A stretch of DNA of 64,000 bases from Lama guanicoe (Eukaryota), in assembly GCA_013239625.1 (NCBI GenBank), contig MU054323.1:186001-250000 (forward strand), written 5' to 3'. Of this stretch, positions 11,706 through 23,967 are shown piece by piece. The notes below the pieces were generated by a model that was given only the letters and a program-made list of their open reading frames with translations, had not been told where the DNA came from and searched no databases. Each line of letters begins with the position of its first letter. Position 1 is the stretch's first letter. The translations under genes and the position numbers were made by a program.

Positions 11706-14045
11706 ACACAAGTATTGAACCAAGAAAACCAGGGCCAGAAAAGTCTTGTGAGGTCTTGGAGGCCAACCCGTATTTAACAGCTGGGAAAGTCGAAGACCCT
11801 GGGAGAGTGGAAATAGCGGTGGTAGCAGGATGGGAATGGTGACAATATAATGGTAGTAGTGACAGCCAGCGTTCACTGTACATCAGCTGGGTGTGGCTGA
11901 GATTGCAGGCCTGGGCCCCACTGTGAGCCCCCTCTGGTCCCCACTCTCTCTGAGGTTCCAGCCTTGCTTACAGCAGCTGCCACACCATCCCCAGGCCCTC
12001 TGGCTGGAGCCACTAAGGTGGGTGGCCCAGGCTCCTGCAGCAGCTGGCTCTGCATGAGCACCCCCTGCAGGCTGAACCAATAACTCTGGTTTCCTGGTCT
12101 TTCCTGAACGGGATGAAGTTGTTTAAAGGAGGGGCTTGGTGTTTTGTCTGCAAGAACTGGGCGCCCAGCACTGGGCTTCTCCCAGCCTTCACGTGTTAGT
12201 GGTGAGGGATGAGCGAGTTAAGAGGGCGTGGCTGCACAGCTCTTCCTCGGTGTGTGCTCCCCGCCCATCCCCCGACTCCAGCCAGACCGCAGGCTCCCCG
12301 AGGGGCACACGTCCTGTGCAGCTCCATCCTCCCCATGTGTCTGGGCTGGTCACACTGGGTCAGCGTAAGGGGTGGCACTAAGGGGACAGGGTCATTTTGG
12401 AGGGGGAGAGGAGGGTGTGGGGCAGGGTGTGGTGGAGAGGCATTCTGATCTTCTCTGGCTGCTTCAAATTCTGCTGAGAAGCCCCATGTTCCTGGGAAGA
12501 TGAGGTGCCCTCCTGTGTGTTGCCCTGGGCGGCTGTGGTCTGATCTATTCCAGAGGCCATGAACGGTGCAAGATTCCCAGAGGCTGGTGGGGAGGGGGAC
12601 CTGGGAGGATCCAATAGAGCCCTTGAAGGACAGGTGCCACCACCCACAAGATGCACAGGACTTGGGGGCCGTCTTCAGCTCAGCCCAGGTCCAGCTTTCC
12701 CTGCCCCCAGCTCTGGGGCAGCAGACAGCCCCTCCCAGCACAGGACTACCGTGCACAGAGTGAGAGGGTGCTGAGGGGAACCAGGGTGGGGACTTGGCTG
12801 ATGCTGAACTGAGTTAAAAAAAATTTTTTTTAAGATACTGTATTTCTCTGGAAAACAATAAGCAATAAAGAAACAACTCAACAATCAATGAAAACTGAAG
12901 CATGTAATACTGGTATAATTCTCAATAGCACAACCGAAACACTTTATGTCAACTCCAATAGTTGTAGTCAATTTTCAGCTGAGCTGATATTGGCACCATC
13001 GTGTGGTACAGTCCGCAAGTCAGTCAGCAGACACTGAGCATCTTCTGTTTGCTCGGGTCTGTCTCAGGTCTGTACAGACGCCTATGAGCCTCAGTTTTCT
13101 CCTCTGTGAAATGGGGGTAATAATGCCCCATATACCTTGGGCTTTCCTCCGGGAGGGGTGGTGGGAGCTGGAGAGAGAAAGCTGACTTAGGGCGCCCACA
13201 GCGTCACCCAGTTACTGGCAGCTTCTTTCATTTTCCCTTCCCTGCCTCAAGTGAATGACAGTTTAGCAAGTAAGGACACCTGGGCTGAAAGGCCATTCCT
13301 CACGCCTGATCAGTGAGGACATTATTCCAAAGAGCAACCTGTGTATTGTTTTCTTCCAGCAGGTTGGACAGGGACTGAAGACCAGGGAGTGGGGGGACAG
13401 TCTCAGGTCACCCAGCATGATGGTGGGACCCAGATATCCCAGCTGTCGACCCTGCTCTGTCTACTGGGGCTGCAGGCCCTCCCACTCAGCAATGCTGGGA
13501 AGGGGAGTCATCTTTTAGCCTCATAAGCTCTCCTGGCCTTTCTGTCCTGGTCAGGGGAGCCCTTGAAGGGAAGCTGCTAGGAAGCAGCGGCCTTGGACCT
13601 CAGAAGTCAGGGTTGGCCCCTACTCTTCGGGGACTTGGAAGATGGTCCCTGTGGAGGGATCCCACTCGTGAGCCACAACTCCCTCACCTGACCAAGGACT
13701 CCTGAGGCACCCGGAGGCTGGAGTTAATTATGTGAAATCATAAACAGGTTTCAACATCCCTCCCGGCCAGCCAAGCTGAGCGCGGGCACGCTGCCGGCTG
13801 TGAGGAGGAGGAGGATGTAGGTGTCGGCAGGTCGGGTGCAGAGAAGCAGCCTAGGGGAGGCAGGCAGCCAGGCTGAGGACTTCAAAGGAGGCGGCATTTC
13901 TCTAAACAAAGCATTTGGGGGTTCGGGGGTGGTAGGCTATGTTCAAGTCTGCTCTGCCTCTTGCCAGAGTCAAGGGTTCAAGAGATGAAAGGACTCACTG
14001 GTCACACCAGGGTCCAGAGGGGAAATGGAGGCAGCTGCATGAGAA

Positions 14046-14060
14046 CCTGCAGGGGGCGCT
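14046..14060 (+). promoter_or_regulatory. Candidate CTCF binding motif
   Basis: CCTGCAGGGGGCGCT matches core CCASYAGRKGGCRS at 13/14 positions; motif match only. Confidence 0.45.
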
Positions 14061-14419
14061 GGGAAGGCCTGGAGAAAGCGGCTGCCCGTTTGCGGGGCTG
14101 TCGTGAGGATCAGATGACATAAATAAAGGATGAAGGCTCTGGGAAGGGCAGCCCCATCCTGCAGTCCCTGTGGAGGCTGGAGCCTCTCCCAGGTTCTCTG
14201 TGTCCACACTCCTCCTGCCCATCCTGGATTCTGGGCACACTCCTGGCCCCGCGCTAATCTCCCCTTGAGGTCAGCCAGAACCACCCAGCTATGCCTGCCC
14301 ACTGGACTGCGCCCTGTGTCCCTCTGCTCCCTGCGAGCCTCTGCCCTCCTCCCCCAATGTCCTCACTCTCTCAGCTTCACCTGTTGAAATACATATGTTC
14401 TTTTAAACCCAAATGAGTG

Positions 14420-14745
14420 CAAAGGACAGATACCCACAGCAACGTGGATGAATCTCATAGGTGTTGTGCTGAATTTAAGAAGGGAGACATAGAAGAGAAC
14501 ATACACCTATGATGCCACTTACACGAAGTTTGAGAGCCGCAAAGCTAACCTACAGAGACAGAGATCAGAACAGAGGTTACCCCTGGCAGGGGAAGGATTG
14601 GCCAGGAGGGGCTTCCTGGGCTGGTGAAAATGTTCTTTATCTTCATGGGGTGGTAGTTCCATAGGGAGACATTTTTAAACTATGAAAACTATATACTGAA
14701 AGTCTGTACATTTCAGAGTCTGCAAATTACACGCCAGTAAAAACA
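14420..14745 (+). mobile_element. L1ME-type LINE-1 3' UTR fragment
   Basis: CAGCAACGTGGATGAATCTCA...GATCAGAACAGAGGTTACCCCTGG...GGTGAAAATGTTCTTTATCTT motifs. Confidence 0.8.
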
Positions 14746-14764
14746 AATGATATCTAATGCATAA

Positions 14765-15220
14765 GATCAGAAAAGCTGAAGCAATTCAAATGTCCATCAG
14801 TGGGTGAATGGATGAATAAAATGTGTCGTATCTATAGAATGCAATAGTATTGGATATTTAAAATGAAGTTTTGATACATGCTACAACATCATGCTATAAC
14901 ATGGGTGAAACTTGGAAACATTTGCTAAGTGAAAGAAGCCAGCTTACAGGCACATACTGTATAATTCCATTTATATCAAATGTCCAGAATAGGCAAATCC
15001 ATAAAGACAGAAGTAGACTCGTGGTTGCCAGGGGCTGGGAGAGCTGGGTAGTGACTGCTAAGTGATGTGGGATTTCTTTTTCAGGGGGATGAAAATGTGC
15101 TAAAACTTTTTGTGATGAATGCACAACTCTCTCAATAAGCTAAAAAACATTGAATTGTCCATTTCAAATGGGTGCATTGTATGATATGTGAATTAGAGCT
15201 AAATAGAGCTTCTTAAAAGC
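14765..15220 (+). mobile_element. L1MB-type LINE-1 3' end
   Basis: AAATGTCCATCAGTGGGTGAATGGATGAATAAAATGTG...CTAAGTGAAAGAAGCCAG...AAATGTCCAGAATAGGCAAATCCATAAAGACAGAAGTAGA. Confidence 0.9.
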
Positions 15221-15490
15221 TATGCCATTTTTAAAAAAAAACAATAAATATATCACTTACTCCTCAATAATTTAGCTTTTAATTTTTTTCTAATAAAGTT
15301 AAAAACAATCACTTTTATTTGAAATCCTTAAACAATTTACCTGGCACTTTGCTCTTATCTCATGGTAGCCAGCGAGAGAGTAATTACAAATGAATCAGTG
15401 AGAGAAATCAGCTCTATATTAGTGGGTATATAGCCCAGACCATTTGGTATGTGAACTAGTGTGGATGCACAGAGAACTGGAGGACCAGGT

Positions 15491-15705
15491 TGTGGCCCAG
15501 ACTGACTGGAACTGGGTTCAAATCCAGCTCTGCTACATGCTGGCTGTGTGCTGCTGTTGGACAAGTCATTCCAGTCCCTGGACTTCACTTTTTCTCATCC
15601 GTAAAAATGATGGTGGTAGCACCTACCATGAAGCGGTGATGGCTGAGAGAATTGGGGATAATGCACTTGCAGAATTTGCTGCATGTTAAGCACTTAATTA
15701 AAAGC
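15491..15705 (+). mobile_element. MIR SINE
   Basis: CTGGGTTCAAATCCAGCTCTGCTAC...TGGACAAGTCATT...TTTCTCATCCGTAAAAATG core. Confidence 0.85.
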
Positions 15706-15822
15706 CTTATTATTTTCTCCATTTTGTAGAAGAAGCAGCAAGATCTGGGACGAAGAAAGCGCTTGGCCTGAGAGAGTCGCGCTGGTCAGTGGTGGTGCCT
15801 CGATTAGTACTCGGGCTGCTGG
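15706..15822 (-). mobile_element. Degenerate MIR SINE, opposite orientation
   Basis: TTATTATTTTCTCCATTTTGTAGAAGAAGCA...GCTTGGCCTGAGAGAGTCGCGCTGGTCAGTGGTGG resembles the antisense MIR core. Confidence 0.6.
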
Positions 15823-16904
15823 ACCTGGTCCTCTAGTCCTCTGTGCATCCACACTGGCTCACGTACCAAATGGTCTGGGTTCCAGCCACAGCGACCAAGG
15901 TAGCTGTTGGCAGACAGCAGAGACTCCAAAAAATGCTTGCCTTGAATTTAATACAACACCAGAGAGGAGCCGGGGAATCAGAGGAGTTTAAAACAACCCC
16001 TTAGAAAACGCCTAATTTCTAGTTAAATGCCCCAACCCCAGAATCTCAGTCCTCATCTACTCTGGCCTATGACTGAAGATACACACTGTGATGATGCTGG
16101 ATGCTGGACCAGTTGTGAAGATGGAGGGTTCGACACTGGACATTGTAGGATATGCCTTGTCACCGGCAAAAAAAAAAAGAGGGGAATGATCAAATATCAA
16201 GCAATGACAAAAAAAGACCACTCGCTTACCAGATTATGTGAGTATTTGCTGTGTGAATACCTAAGAGAAGGAGGGCAGTGGAGTCACCACTTCTGTTCAG
16301 GCAGTGACACATGGTTGACAGGAGCTGGAAGAACTGTGTTCTGTATATGCGGTTCAGTCCTTCCAGATGCACAGCTAACAATTCTAGGCAGTGGAAGCAT
16401 GGTATGAACGCAAGAAGGTGGGGCCCACCAGCTCATCTGTTGGCTGTAGGACTGAAGAGTGTGGAGGGATGGAAATGTCTCCCCAAAAGAAGCAAGTGTA
16501 AATAGTTCATCCATATATAATTTCCCCTTGAGTCTTTGGACACAAAATCCGTATGGCTTCAGAGGGGAGCATGTCAACATTCCCTTTCTGTGTGTTGACA
16601 GTGCAGATAACGTCATTTCATCATACATCCCATTCTTTTGACCTTCCTGAGGCCTCTGCCCTCTCTCCCTGCTGAGTAGCTGGTGGGGCCATAGTGCATA
16701 GTGTTAGCCCACAGTCTTACCTAACCCTGTTGACCAATTATGTAAAAATCTTCTGATCTGAGTAAACAATGCGGGAAGAGGGTAGCCCTGTCTCCTTTGG
16801 TCAACTCTCCAGCCAGAGAGTTTACTGGGCTTTAAGTTGGGGAGGGCAGAGAGGAAGAGGAAAGCTGTGTGTTTGCTTTCTCCACTTTCTGAAACCTGTG
16901 CTCC

Positions 16905-17502
16905 ACCAGCACTTTTCTTCTTGGTTGTAAAATACGTAGAACATAAAATGTATCATCTGAACGATTTTCAAGTGTATAATGCAGTGGCATTAAGTACATT
17001 CACACTGATGTGCAGCCAACAACCACCATCCACCTCCAGAACTTCTTCATCAACCTAAATGGAAACTCTGTACCTGTTAAACAAGGATGCCCATTCTCAG
17101 AAATGTCTGTTCTACTTTCTATCTCAATGAATTTGAGTATTTTAGGTACCTTAAGGGGGATCATACCAGATTTGTCCTTTTCTGTTTGGCTTGATGAAGA
17201 CTTAGCATAATGTCTTCAAGTTTTATCCATGTTGTAGTGTATGTCAGCATTGTGTTCTTTTTTAAAATTATTGAAATGTAGTCGATTTATAATGTGTTAA
17301 TTTCTGGTGTAATACAGTGATTCATTTATACGTATACATATTTCTTTTCATGTTCCTTGTAATAGGCCATTACAAGGTATTGGATATAGTTCCCTGTGCT
17401 ATACAGTAGGACTTTGTTTATCTATAGAATTCCTTTCCTTTTCAAGGCTGAATAGTATTCCATTGTGTGTATATACCACATTTTATTTATTACCAGCACT
17501 TT
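16905..17502 (-). mobile_element. L1MB-type 3' end with TSD, interrupted by a younger L1 tail
   Basis: CAGTGGCATTAAGTACATTCACA...CATCCACCTCCAGAAC...AAGGCTGAATAGTATTCCATTGTGTGTATATACCACATTTT; ACCAGCACTTT repeated at 16905-16915 and 17492-17502. Confidence 0.85.
17258..17425 (-). mobile_element. Short artiodactyl/camelid-type L1 3' tail nested inside L1MB
   Basis: TTGAAATGTAGTCGATTTATAATGTGTTAATTTCTGGTGTA...ATATAGTTCCCTGTGCTATACAGTAGGAC. Confidence 0.85.
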
Positions 17503-17514
17503 CTTTTTAAAACC

Positions 17515-17760
17515 ATTTTTAAAATTGCAGTATAGTCAGTTTACCATGGTGTGTCAATTTCTGGTGTAAAGCATGTTTCAGTCATATAGATACATACATA
17601 TATTTTTTCCATATTCTTTTTCATTATAATTTACTACAAGATATTGAATATAATTCCCTGGGTTATAAAGTAGAAACTCATTGTTTATCTATTTTATATA
17701 TAGTAGTTAGTATCTGTAAATCTTGAACTCCTAATTTATCCCTTCCCATCCCCCTGTTTT
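17515..17760 (-). mobile_element. Artiodactyl/camelid-type L1 3' tail, 5'-truncated
   Basis: AATTGCAGTATAGTCAGTTTAC...GTGTCAATTTCTGGTGTA...CAAGATATTGAATATAATTCCCTG...TTTATCTATTTTATATATAGTAGTT. Confidence 0.85.
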
Positions 17761-19689
17761 TCCAGAATGTTTTTACCATCTGCTATCTGTCTGGCTCTAT
17801 TTGAGGCACTTTGTTGTGTGGATAAGGAGACTAATGAAATTAACATAGCATTTAGGCATATGTGAAACAATTGGTGATTAAATCAACATTCTACCAAATG
17901 ATGGTGGTCGTGGCGTTAATGGAAGGAGACATTTCTGAGGACTGGTCTGATCAGAGATTTGGGGAGTCACCTGAAATATACAGAGTTTCCTGTGTGCCTG
18001 TTGATTCTCCCTTGTGAGTTGTTCTTTTTTGTATTTGTGCACTTGAGTGGGCAGAGAGAATGGTGAGTTAACTGCCATGTGTCAATTTCCCCTCTATTTC
18101 AAAATAGTTTCCTTACTGGCTTCCTTATTTTGTACCCTGCTGTTAATGTCTCAGCTTCACTATCAGCTTTTCTTATTACCATTTGCTGTTTTAAAAATGT
18201 TTTGCTCCCTGCCACGTCAAGGGTCTTTTGCGATGAGGCTAAGCAGAAAAAATATACCTTGTCTGTTATCAGTCTGTCAGCTTGATTTCCTTTTGTTTGA
18301 AGTTATTGATAAATCTCACCCAACCCTTCGTCCTCTGCCCTGCCCTTTTGTCCTCTCTTCATTTCTCCTCTCTGTGCCCCTTCTCCCGTCCTCTTGGTTC
18401 CTCTGGAGCTCATGGCTCAACATCTTCTGTGGGTGCCCCCTTCCCTCTGGTCAGCAGAATGACCAAGTGGGGCATGGTCTGAGTTCTCCAGGTTTTTCTT
18501 ATTCCTCTGTTGCTTGTTATCCTTTAGATTGGTGTTATTTTGGATGCCTTAGATTAGTAGAGACAAACTGATCAGTGAGGATTGGGGATATTTACTGATA
18601 CTAGGATAGTTTATTAATTTTGATTAATAATTTAAAAAAATCTTTCAAAGGGTAAGCATAACATGCCAGGCAGGTCCTCTCCCCCAGGAACATTCCAGCA
18701 GTACTCAGCTAACTCTGCGGTCCCTTGTATACACCAGCCGTTTCTCTCCTCCCTTTGCCCTTGCCCAGCGGCTCCCATGACCTAGACGTTTAAACAAATA
18801 CGCTATGTGTCTTTCTACTGTGGCACCTCTAAAGCTTTGCTGCGTGCGTTTGTTTAAATGTCTGCCTCTCCCTCGTGATCTGAGCTCTTCCAGAGCAGGG
18901 ACGGATGCACAACAATGAATAAGTCACAATCCTTTTGCTCAAGCAGCTAGCAGTGACATGGGAAGACAAACACATAGAAGCCAAGTACAAAATGAAGGTG
19001 GGAAGAATATGCTTTGGAGGAAGAAATAATCAAGTGTCCAGAGGAGGTCAAGTGCCAGGGGGAGTTTTCAATTAGAAACCACACACACCCACAAAGGGAG
19101 AGATTTATAGATGAGGAAGAACCAGGGGTGGGATGGGTGGGAGGGGGCAAAGGGGTGGGCTTTTCAGCCAGCGGGAGCAGCCTGAGCCAGAAAGTGGAAG
19201 GTGCATTCAGAAGATGTCACCTAGACTGGTGAGGTACAAGAAGTGATCCAGGAATTGAGGACGGCCCTGCACAGCAGCCTCGCCTTCAGGGTTGATTCCA
19301 GGCAATAGGGAGCCACTGAGGGCTGTGGAGAAGGGTGGCTGTAGTCCCCGTGCGCCTTAGAAAGTTTAAACATCTTGGCGGCCATACTGAAGGCAGGGAG
19401 ATGGAGGCAGAGGCTCTTGCAGTAGAACTGATGAGAGATGCTGGGAGTGGGCGGAGATGCGGAGGAGGACGGAACTAGGGGCCCTTCCCCGAGTAGGAGT
19501 TTGGCCCCGCGTGGATGTGTCAGTGGGCGGAAGAAAGTGGATGAAGAAGCATTTCTCTACCAACCCGGCTGTTGCCAGAAAGAAAGTCGCTCTCCCAGGC
19601 CCAGTGTTTATTGTTCTCTGTCACGGTCTATTTTCTGTTACATAATGCATCAGGTTGACCCCTACGCCACAGACTCTGCCCCAGAGGCC

Positions 19690-19850
19690 CTGGTCGGCCT
19701 CAGCGCTCGGGGCTGTGATTGGGCCGCGGGGCGGCCAGGCCCCCGACCAGCCCCTCCTCGGTCCCCTAGCCTGGGCGGGCTCAGCCGGGCAGCTGCGCCC
19801 CGGTGCTGCTTCCGCTCCCGGTCCGGGGAGAAATGGCACAACCACAGGCA
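19690..19850. promoter_or_regulatory. Small CpG-dense element with CCAAT and GC boxes
   Basis: 15 CpGs counted in 19694-19826; ATTGG 19718-19722 next to GGGGCGG 19728-19734. Confidence 0.45.
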
Positions 19851-21889
19851 AACCGAGGCCTATGGAAGTGTGAGGAAAGCACGTCCCCACACCCCCTCAT
19901 TGGCCTGGGAACACTCACTCCCTCAGTTTACTGGTCTTCCCTGCGAGAGAACAAGATTCTGGCAAAGTCAAAAGTGCTGGGGAGAGATTGCTCGACACTG
20001 AAGAAAATAAAACAGAAATGGTACCACTGTGCCCCGGACTGGGCTTTTACCGCCGACGCCTGATGTTGGCATGGCCCCTCTTATCTCTCTGGTCTTCAAG
20101 GGTTGGAGAAAGGGGTCGGGGAAAGGGAGTCCCCCTCAGAATTTCAGATAACGCATAAGTGAGAAGAGGCCGGACTGGTACCTGGAGTCACTCAAGTCCA
20201 GCCTGGAGGCCAGGCAGCTGGTCTCCAGACCAGCCACAGCAGAACACTCAGGAGGGTGTGTGTGTGTGTACATGGAAATATAGGTTCCTTCACGACCACT
20301 CTGCCAGAGCCCCAGAAGCCCTCAGATCTATCCATCCGTCGTGTACACAGCTAACAAAAATTAGTGTACCTGCTGCACCCCATTCGGTTTTAGGTGCTGG
20401 AATGCAGTGAACGTGGCAGAGGAACCCCCTCCCTCCAGAGCGCCCATCCTGCAGGGAAATAAATGAGAGCTCACAGGGAAGGTAGCAACTTACAAGCTTT
20501 TCCCACTATGCTAATTAACCGTGGTCCAACCACAGCCATGTGACAATCTCCATCTTCGGGAAGGCAAGTGATTTAGCCCAAGTTCAAAGAGCTAATAAGT
20601 GGCAAAGCAGATAACGTCATCCAGGGGTCTCCTCCACATCCTGACTTGCAAGGAGTTGTAATGAGCAAGTAGAATGAAGTAAAAGCATTTTGTAAACTTA
20701 AATGCACTGAACAAGACGTGGCTATCATCATGGTTAGGAAAGAAATCGGAGGTGGGCCAGTCTGGAGGTGAGCAGAAGGTGGAAACAGTCCCTCCTGGAT
20801 GTGTTTCGGCTTTGATTTGTGGGGGGGGCAATGTCTGTTGCTTTCCCCCAAATGCCTGTGTCTCTCTGTCCTCCTCTAATCTTTCGGCATGAGTCAGAAA
20901 TGTTTGTTTTGGAAACTGAAGGGCCAACCTTGTACCAGTTAAGACGAGTCCACCGCCGGACAAAAGGCAGTGCACTCAGACCCCTCTGCACACAGGAATT
21001 CGTCCTGTCACCTCTGTGTACCATCCATAACCCTAAAAGACTGCCCTGTCATCTTATCTGGCAAGTGGGATTTTAGCAGTCCCTTCATTAAGCCCAGAGA
21101 ACAAAGGCGGCTGGGTGAGGGTCTCCGAACGTCCAAACACGCTGTCACCCCGAGTGTGAGGCTGAGGCTGCGCGGGGCGGGGCCGGGCACTGTTTACAGA
21201 TGCGGGAGATAACCACAGAGGAAGGTCGCTGCGTCTTCTTTTCCATCTCCCCCAACCCTGCCCCGCCCCCCAGTGGGGGGTGGTCCCTGACCACCCTGAT
21301 GCTCCAGCTGGCCTGGGGGCCTTTCTAAGCTCCTGACAGAGGAATGCAGGCAGCCCAGGACCCCCGCCTTCACAGCCTGTGAGAGAGGAGGGAGTGAGAT
21401 GTGGGGGCAGAGAGCCCCAGGAACCAAGAATCGGATTCTACAATGGCTTGGCCATTGCTGCCAAGGGCAGGGCCGGTGGGAAGCAGGCAGGAAGCAGCAG
21501 ATCACAGTTGGAGTCGCCCGCTCTGAGCCAGAGGTTTCTGAGAAATCTCTGCTTCGTACTCCACCCAGCTAACCTCCTCCCCCGGGACAGGAGTCCTTGC
21601 TATGTCATCAGAGACAACGGGCTACTCAGAGGCTGCTTGGATGCTGCCAGTGACGGGGAGCTCACTCCTCCAAGGGGGTCTGTTCCTTGGGAGGCAGCTT
21701 GCCTGAAAAATCTCCCGAAGGCTGAGCTGTATCGTCTAGTCCCTGTGTCAGCAGGTTGAATGTTTACCTTGGCTTTGTGCTCTAAGTCACTCCCAGGAGT
21801 TAGAGAGAGACTTTCTGGTAGATGAAGTATTATTACTTTTCTCACTACCACCAGAACTAACCATCATCATTATTAATGACAACACCTTG

Positions 21890-22080
21890 CACTGCCAGAG
21901 TACTTCTTACTTTTCAAAGTGCTTTCACACCCGACAGTTTATTTGCTTATCCTACCAGCCCCAGGAAACGGGCATGAACTAACCTCATTTTATCAGATAA
22001 GCAAGCTAAGGCTCGGGGAGATGAAGTCACAGGCACAGGCCAGCAAGAGGAAAGGTGGGACCAGACTCCATGTCTCCCCA
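21890..22080 (-). mobile_element. MIR SINE fragment
   Basis: CTTTTCAAAGTGCTTTCACA...CCTCATTTTATCAGATAAGCAAGCTAAGGCTCGGGGAGATGAAGT. Confidence 0.7.
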
Positions 22081-23187
22081 CTCCTAGTCCATGATGGCTA
22101 GACTGGAAAGAAGCTCCCACCATCTCTAGACATTCTTTGAGGGCTAACTTTGTGTTTAGTGCTGGAAAAGAATCACCTCTGCCCTGAGGATGATGATGGT
22201 CCTATTTCCTACCCCAGGATGGAGAGGTGCGGTTACATGACTCTAAGTCAACAACAGAAATATACTTGAATTTAAACACTGGAAAGGTTTGTTTTGAGAG
22301 GTAGTTAGGTCCCTGTGCCCAGAACTGGGAGCACATGAGCTGATTAAATGTAGATATAATAAAGGATATTTAAGGACCAGTTGGGTGGTTGGAGTATATA
22401 AGATACCAAGTTACTTTTTAGTATTAGTGTCAGCCGATTTGAGGACTGATGCAGGCAGGCACACTGGGGGATACAGTGATGTGTGCCAGAGCTAGACAGT
22501 GCTGCTCCTCCCAGCACAGGCTGCCAGCCTCCTGGACACTTCCTGGCTTGTTCACAGCCTCCTTGCAATCAGAGACCCTCCGCACAGACCCAGAGGGCTG
22601 CCCGTGATCCTAAGACACCTTTTGCTCTTCAGATCTTGTTTCCTCGATTTAAGTCCTCTTTTCTCCCCTCGTTACCTTCGGAGCTTTCCTCCAGCTGTCC
22701 AGACCTACTTCAAGGTCAGCCCATATGACACCTCCTCCAGGAAGCTCTTCCAGGTTTCCACAGCCTGCTGAGACCCCAGCCTTCCGAGAGTCCTGGAGCC
22801 TGATTGTCAGGGCCTCCCATTTGACTTTCAGTGTGGAGACCCAGGAGTGTCAGAGCTGCCCCTCTCCCAGCACGTGCCGTATCCCCATCAGACGCTTCAT
22901 CCAGTCTAGCCTCTGCTCTGGCCCCCCGCACACGAGTCTTCTCTCATCGCTGCCCTGCAAAACTCCTCTGGTGGCCCCCGAGCACCAGCAGAATGCCACC
23001 CTCTTCTCGGGGCATTTAAGGGCCTTTGGGTTTGTTCTGTTGTGCCTTCCAGCCTCCTTTGGCGTCTGCCTCCCAAGTGCTCGTCCTCGCGCAATCTGGT
23101 TTGAACAAGACACATTCTCCTGCCACTCTCTCAGTGCAGAGCCTCCATTCCCCATGCTCAGCTGCTCAGAAACCTCCCTTTCATCCT

Positions 23188-23640
23188 TGAGGGGGTGAAT
23201 TTTATGTGTCAATGTCACTGGGCTGAAGGACGCTCAGACAGCTGGTAGGACATCATTTCTGGGTGTATCTGGGAGGAAGTTTCCGGAAGAGGTGAGCATT
23301 TGAATTGATGGACTGAATAAAGAAGATCTCCCACACCAAGGTGGGCAGGCAACATCCGTCCAATTCATTGAGGACCGAATAGAACAAAAAGGTGGAAGAT
23401 GGGCCATTTGCTCTCTGTTTGAGCTGGGACACCATCTATCTGGCCCTCAGACATCGGTGCTCTTGGTCCTTGGACCTTTACACTCAGACTGAATTACACC
23501 ACCAACTTCCCTGGTTCTCCAGTTCACACATGGCAGACTATGGAACTCCAGAGCCTCTATTGCATGAGCAAATTCTTATAATAAATTTATATTTATATGT
23601 AAAATGTCTATTGGTCAGTTTCTCTGAGAACCCTAATATA
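23188..23640 (+). mobile_element. MLT2-family (ERVL) solo LTR, MLT2D-like, with perfect 5-bp TSD
   Basis: Starts with TG; AATTTTATGTGTCAA, CATCATTTCTGGGTGTATCTG, TTGAGCTGGGACA, AATAAA, ends TTTCTCTGAGAACCCTAATATA; ATCCT at 23183-23187 and 23641-23645; flanks look like an interrupted L2. Confidence 0.92.
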
Positions 23641-23967
23641 ATCCTTCAGGAATCAGCTCAAATGCCATGTTGTGTTAGGAACAGTGTCCTGACCACCAGC
23701 CTCACCCAGTTCCTGCCAGGCAGTCAACCATCGTCACCGCTGTATTGTGTGTCCCCATCCATCGGTTTGTCCTGATCACACAGAAGGGTATTCGTTTGTC
23801 CAGACTATGCTTCATAGATGGGGGTCTGGGGTCCTCGCCAGAACATATATACTCATGTTCAGATAAAGTCATTGAAAAACACGTGTCTGCATGTCCCAAC
23901 AGCTTTGTTGATCTGGATGAAATTCCTCAACCCACGCATAACCTTCTCAGCGACAAGTGTGAGTGCA

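Larger units (their letters stand above)
15434..15879. repeat. Inverted repeat, 57-bp arms (15434-15490 and 15823-15879), 332-bp spacer
   Basis: Manual alignment of the left arm reverse complement to the right arm gives 52/57 identity with no gaps. Confidence 0.95.

Noticed and set aside
16603..20620. Exact 14-mer GCAGATAACGTCAT at 16603 and 20607
   Set aside because: Several exact 14-mer pairs are expected by chance in 64 kb, and the flanks do not extend the match.
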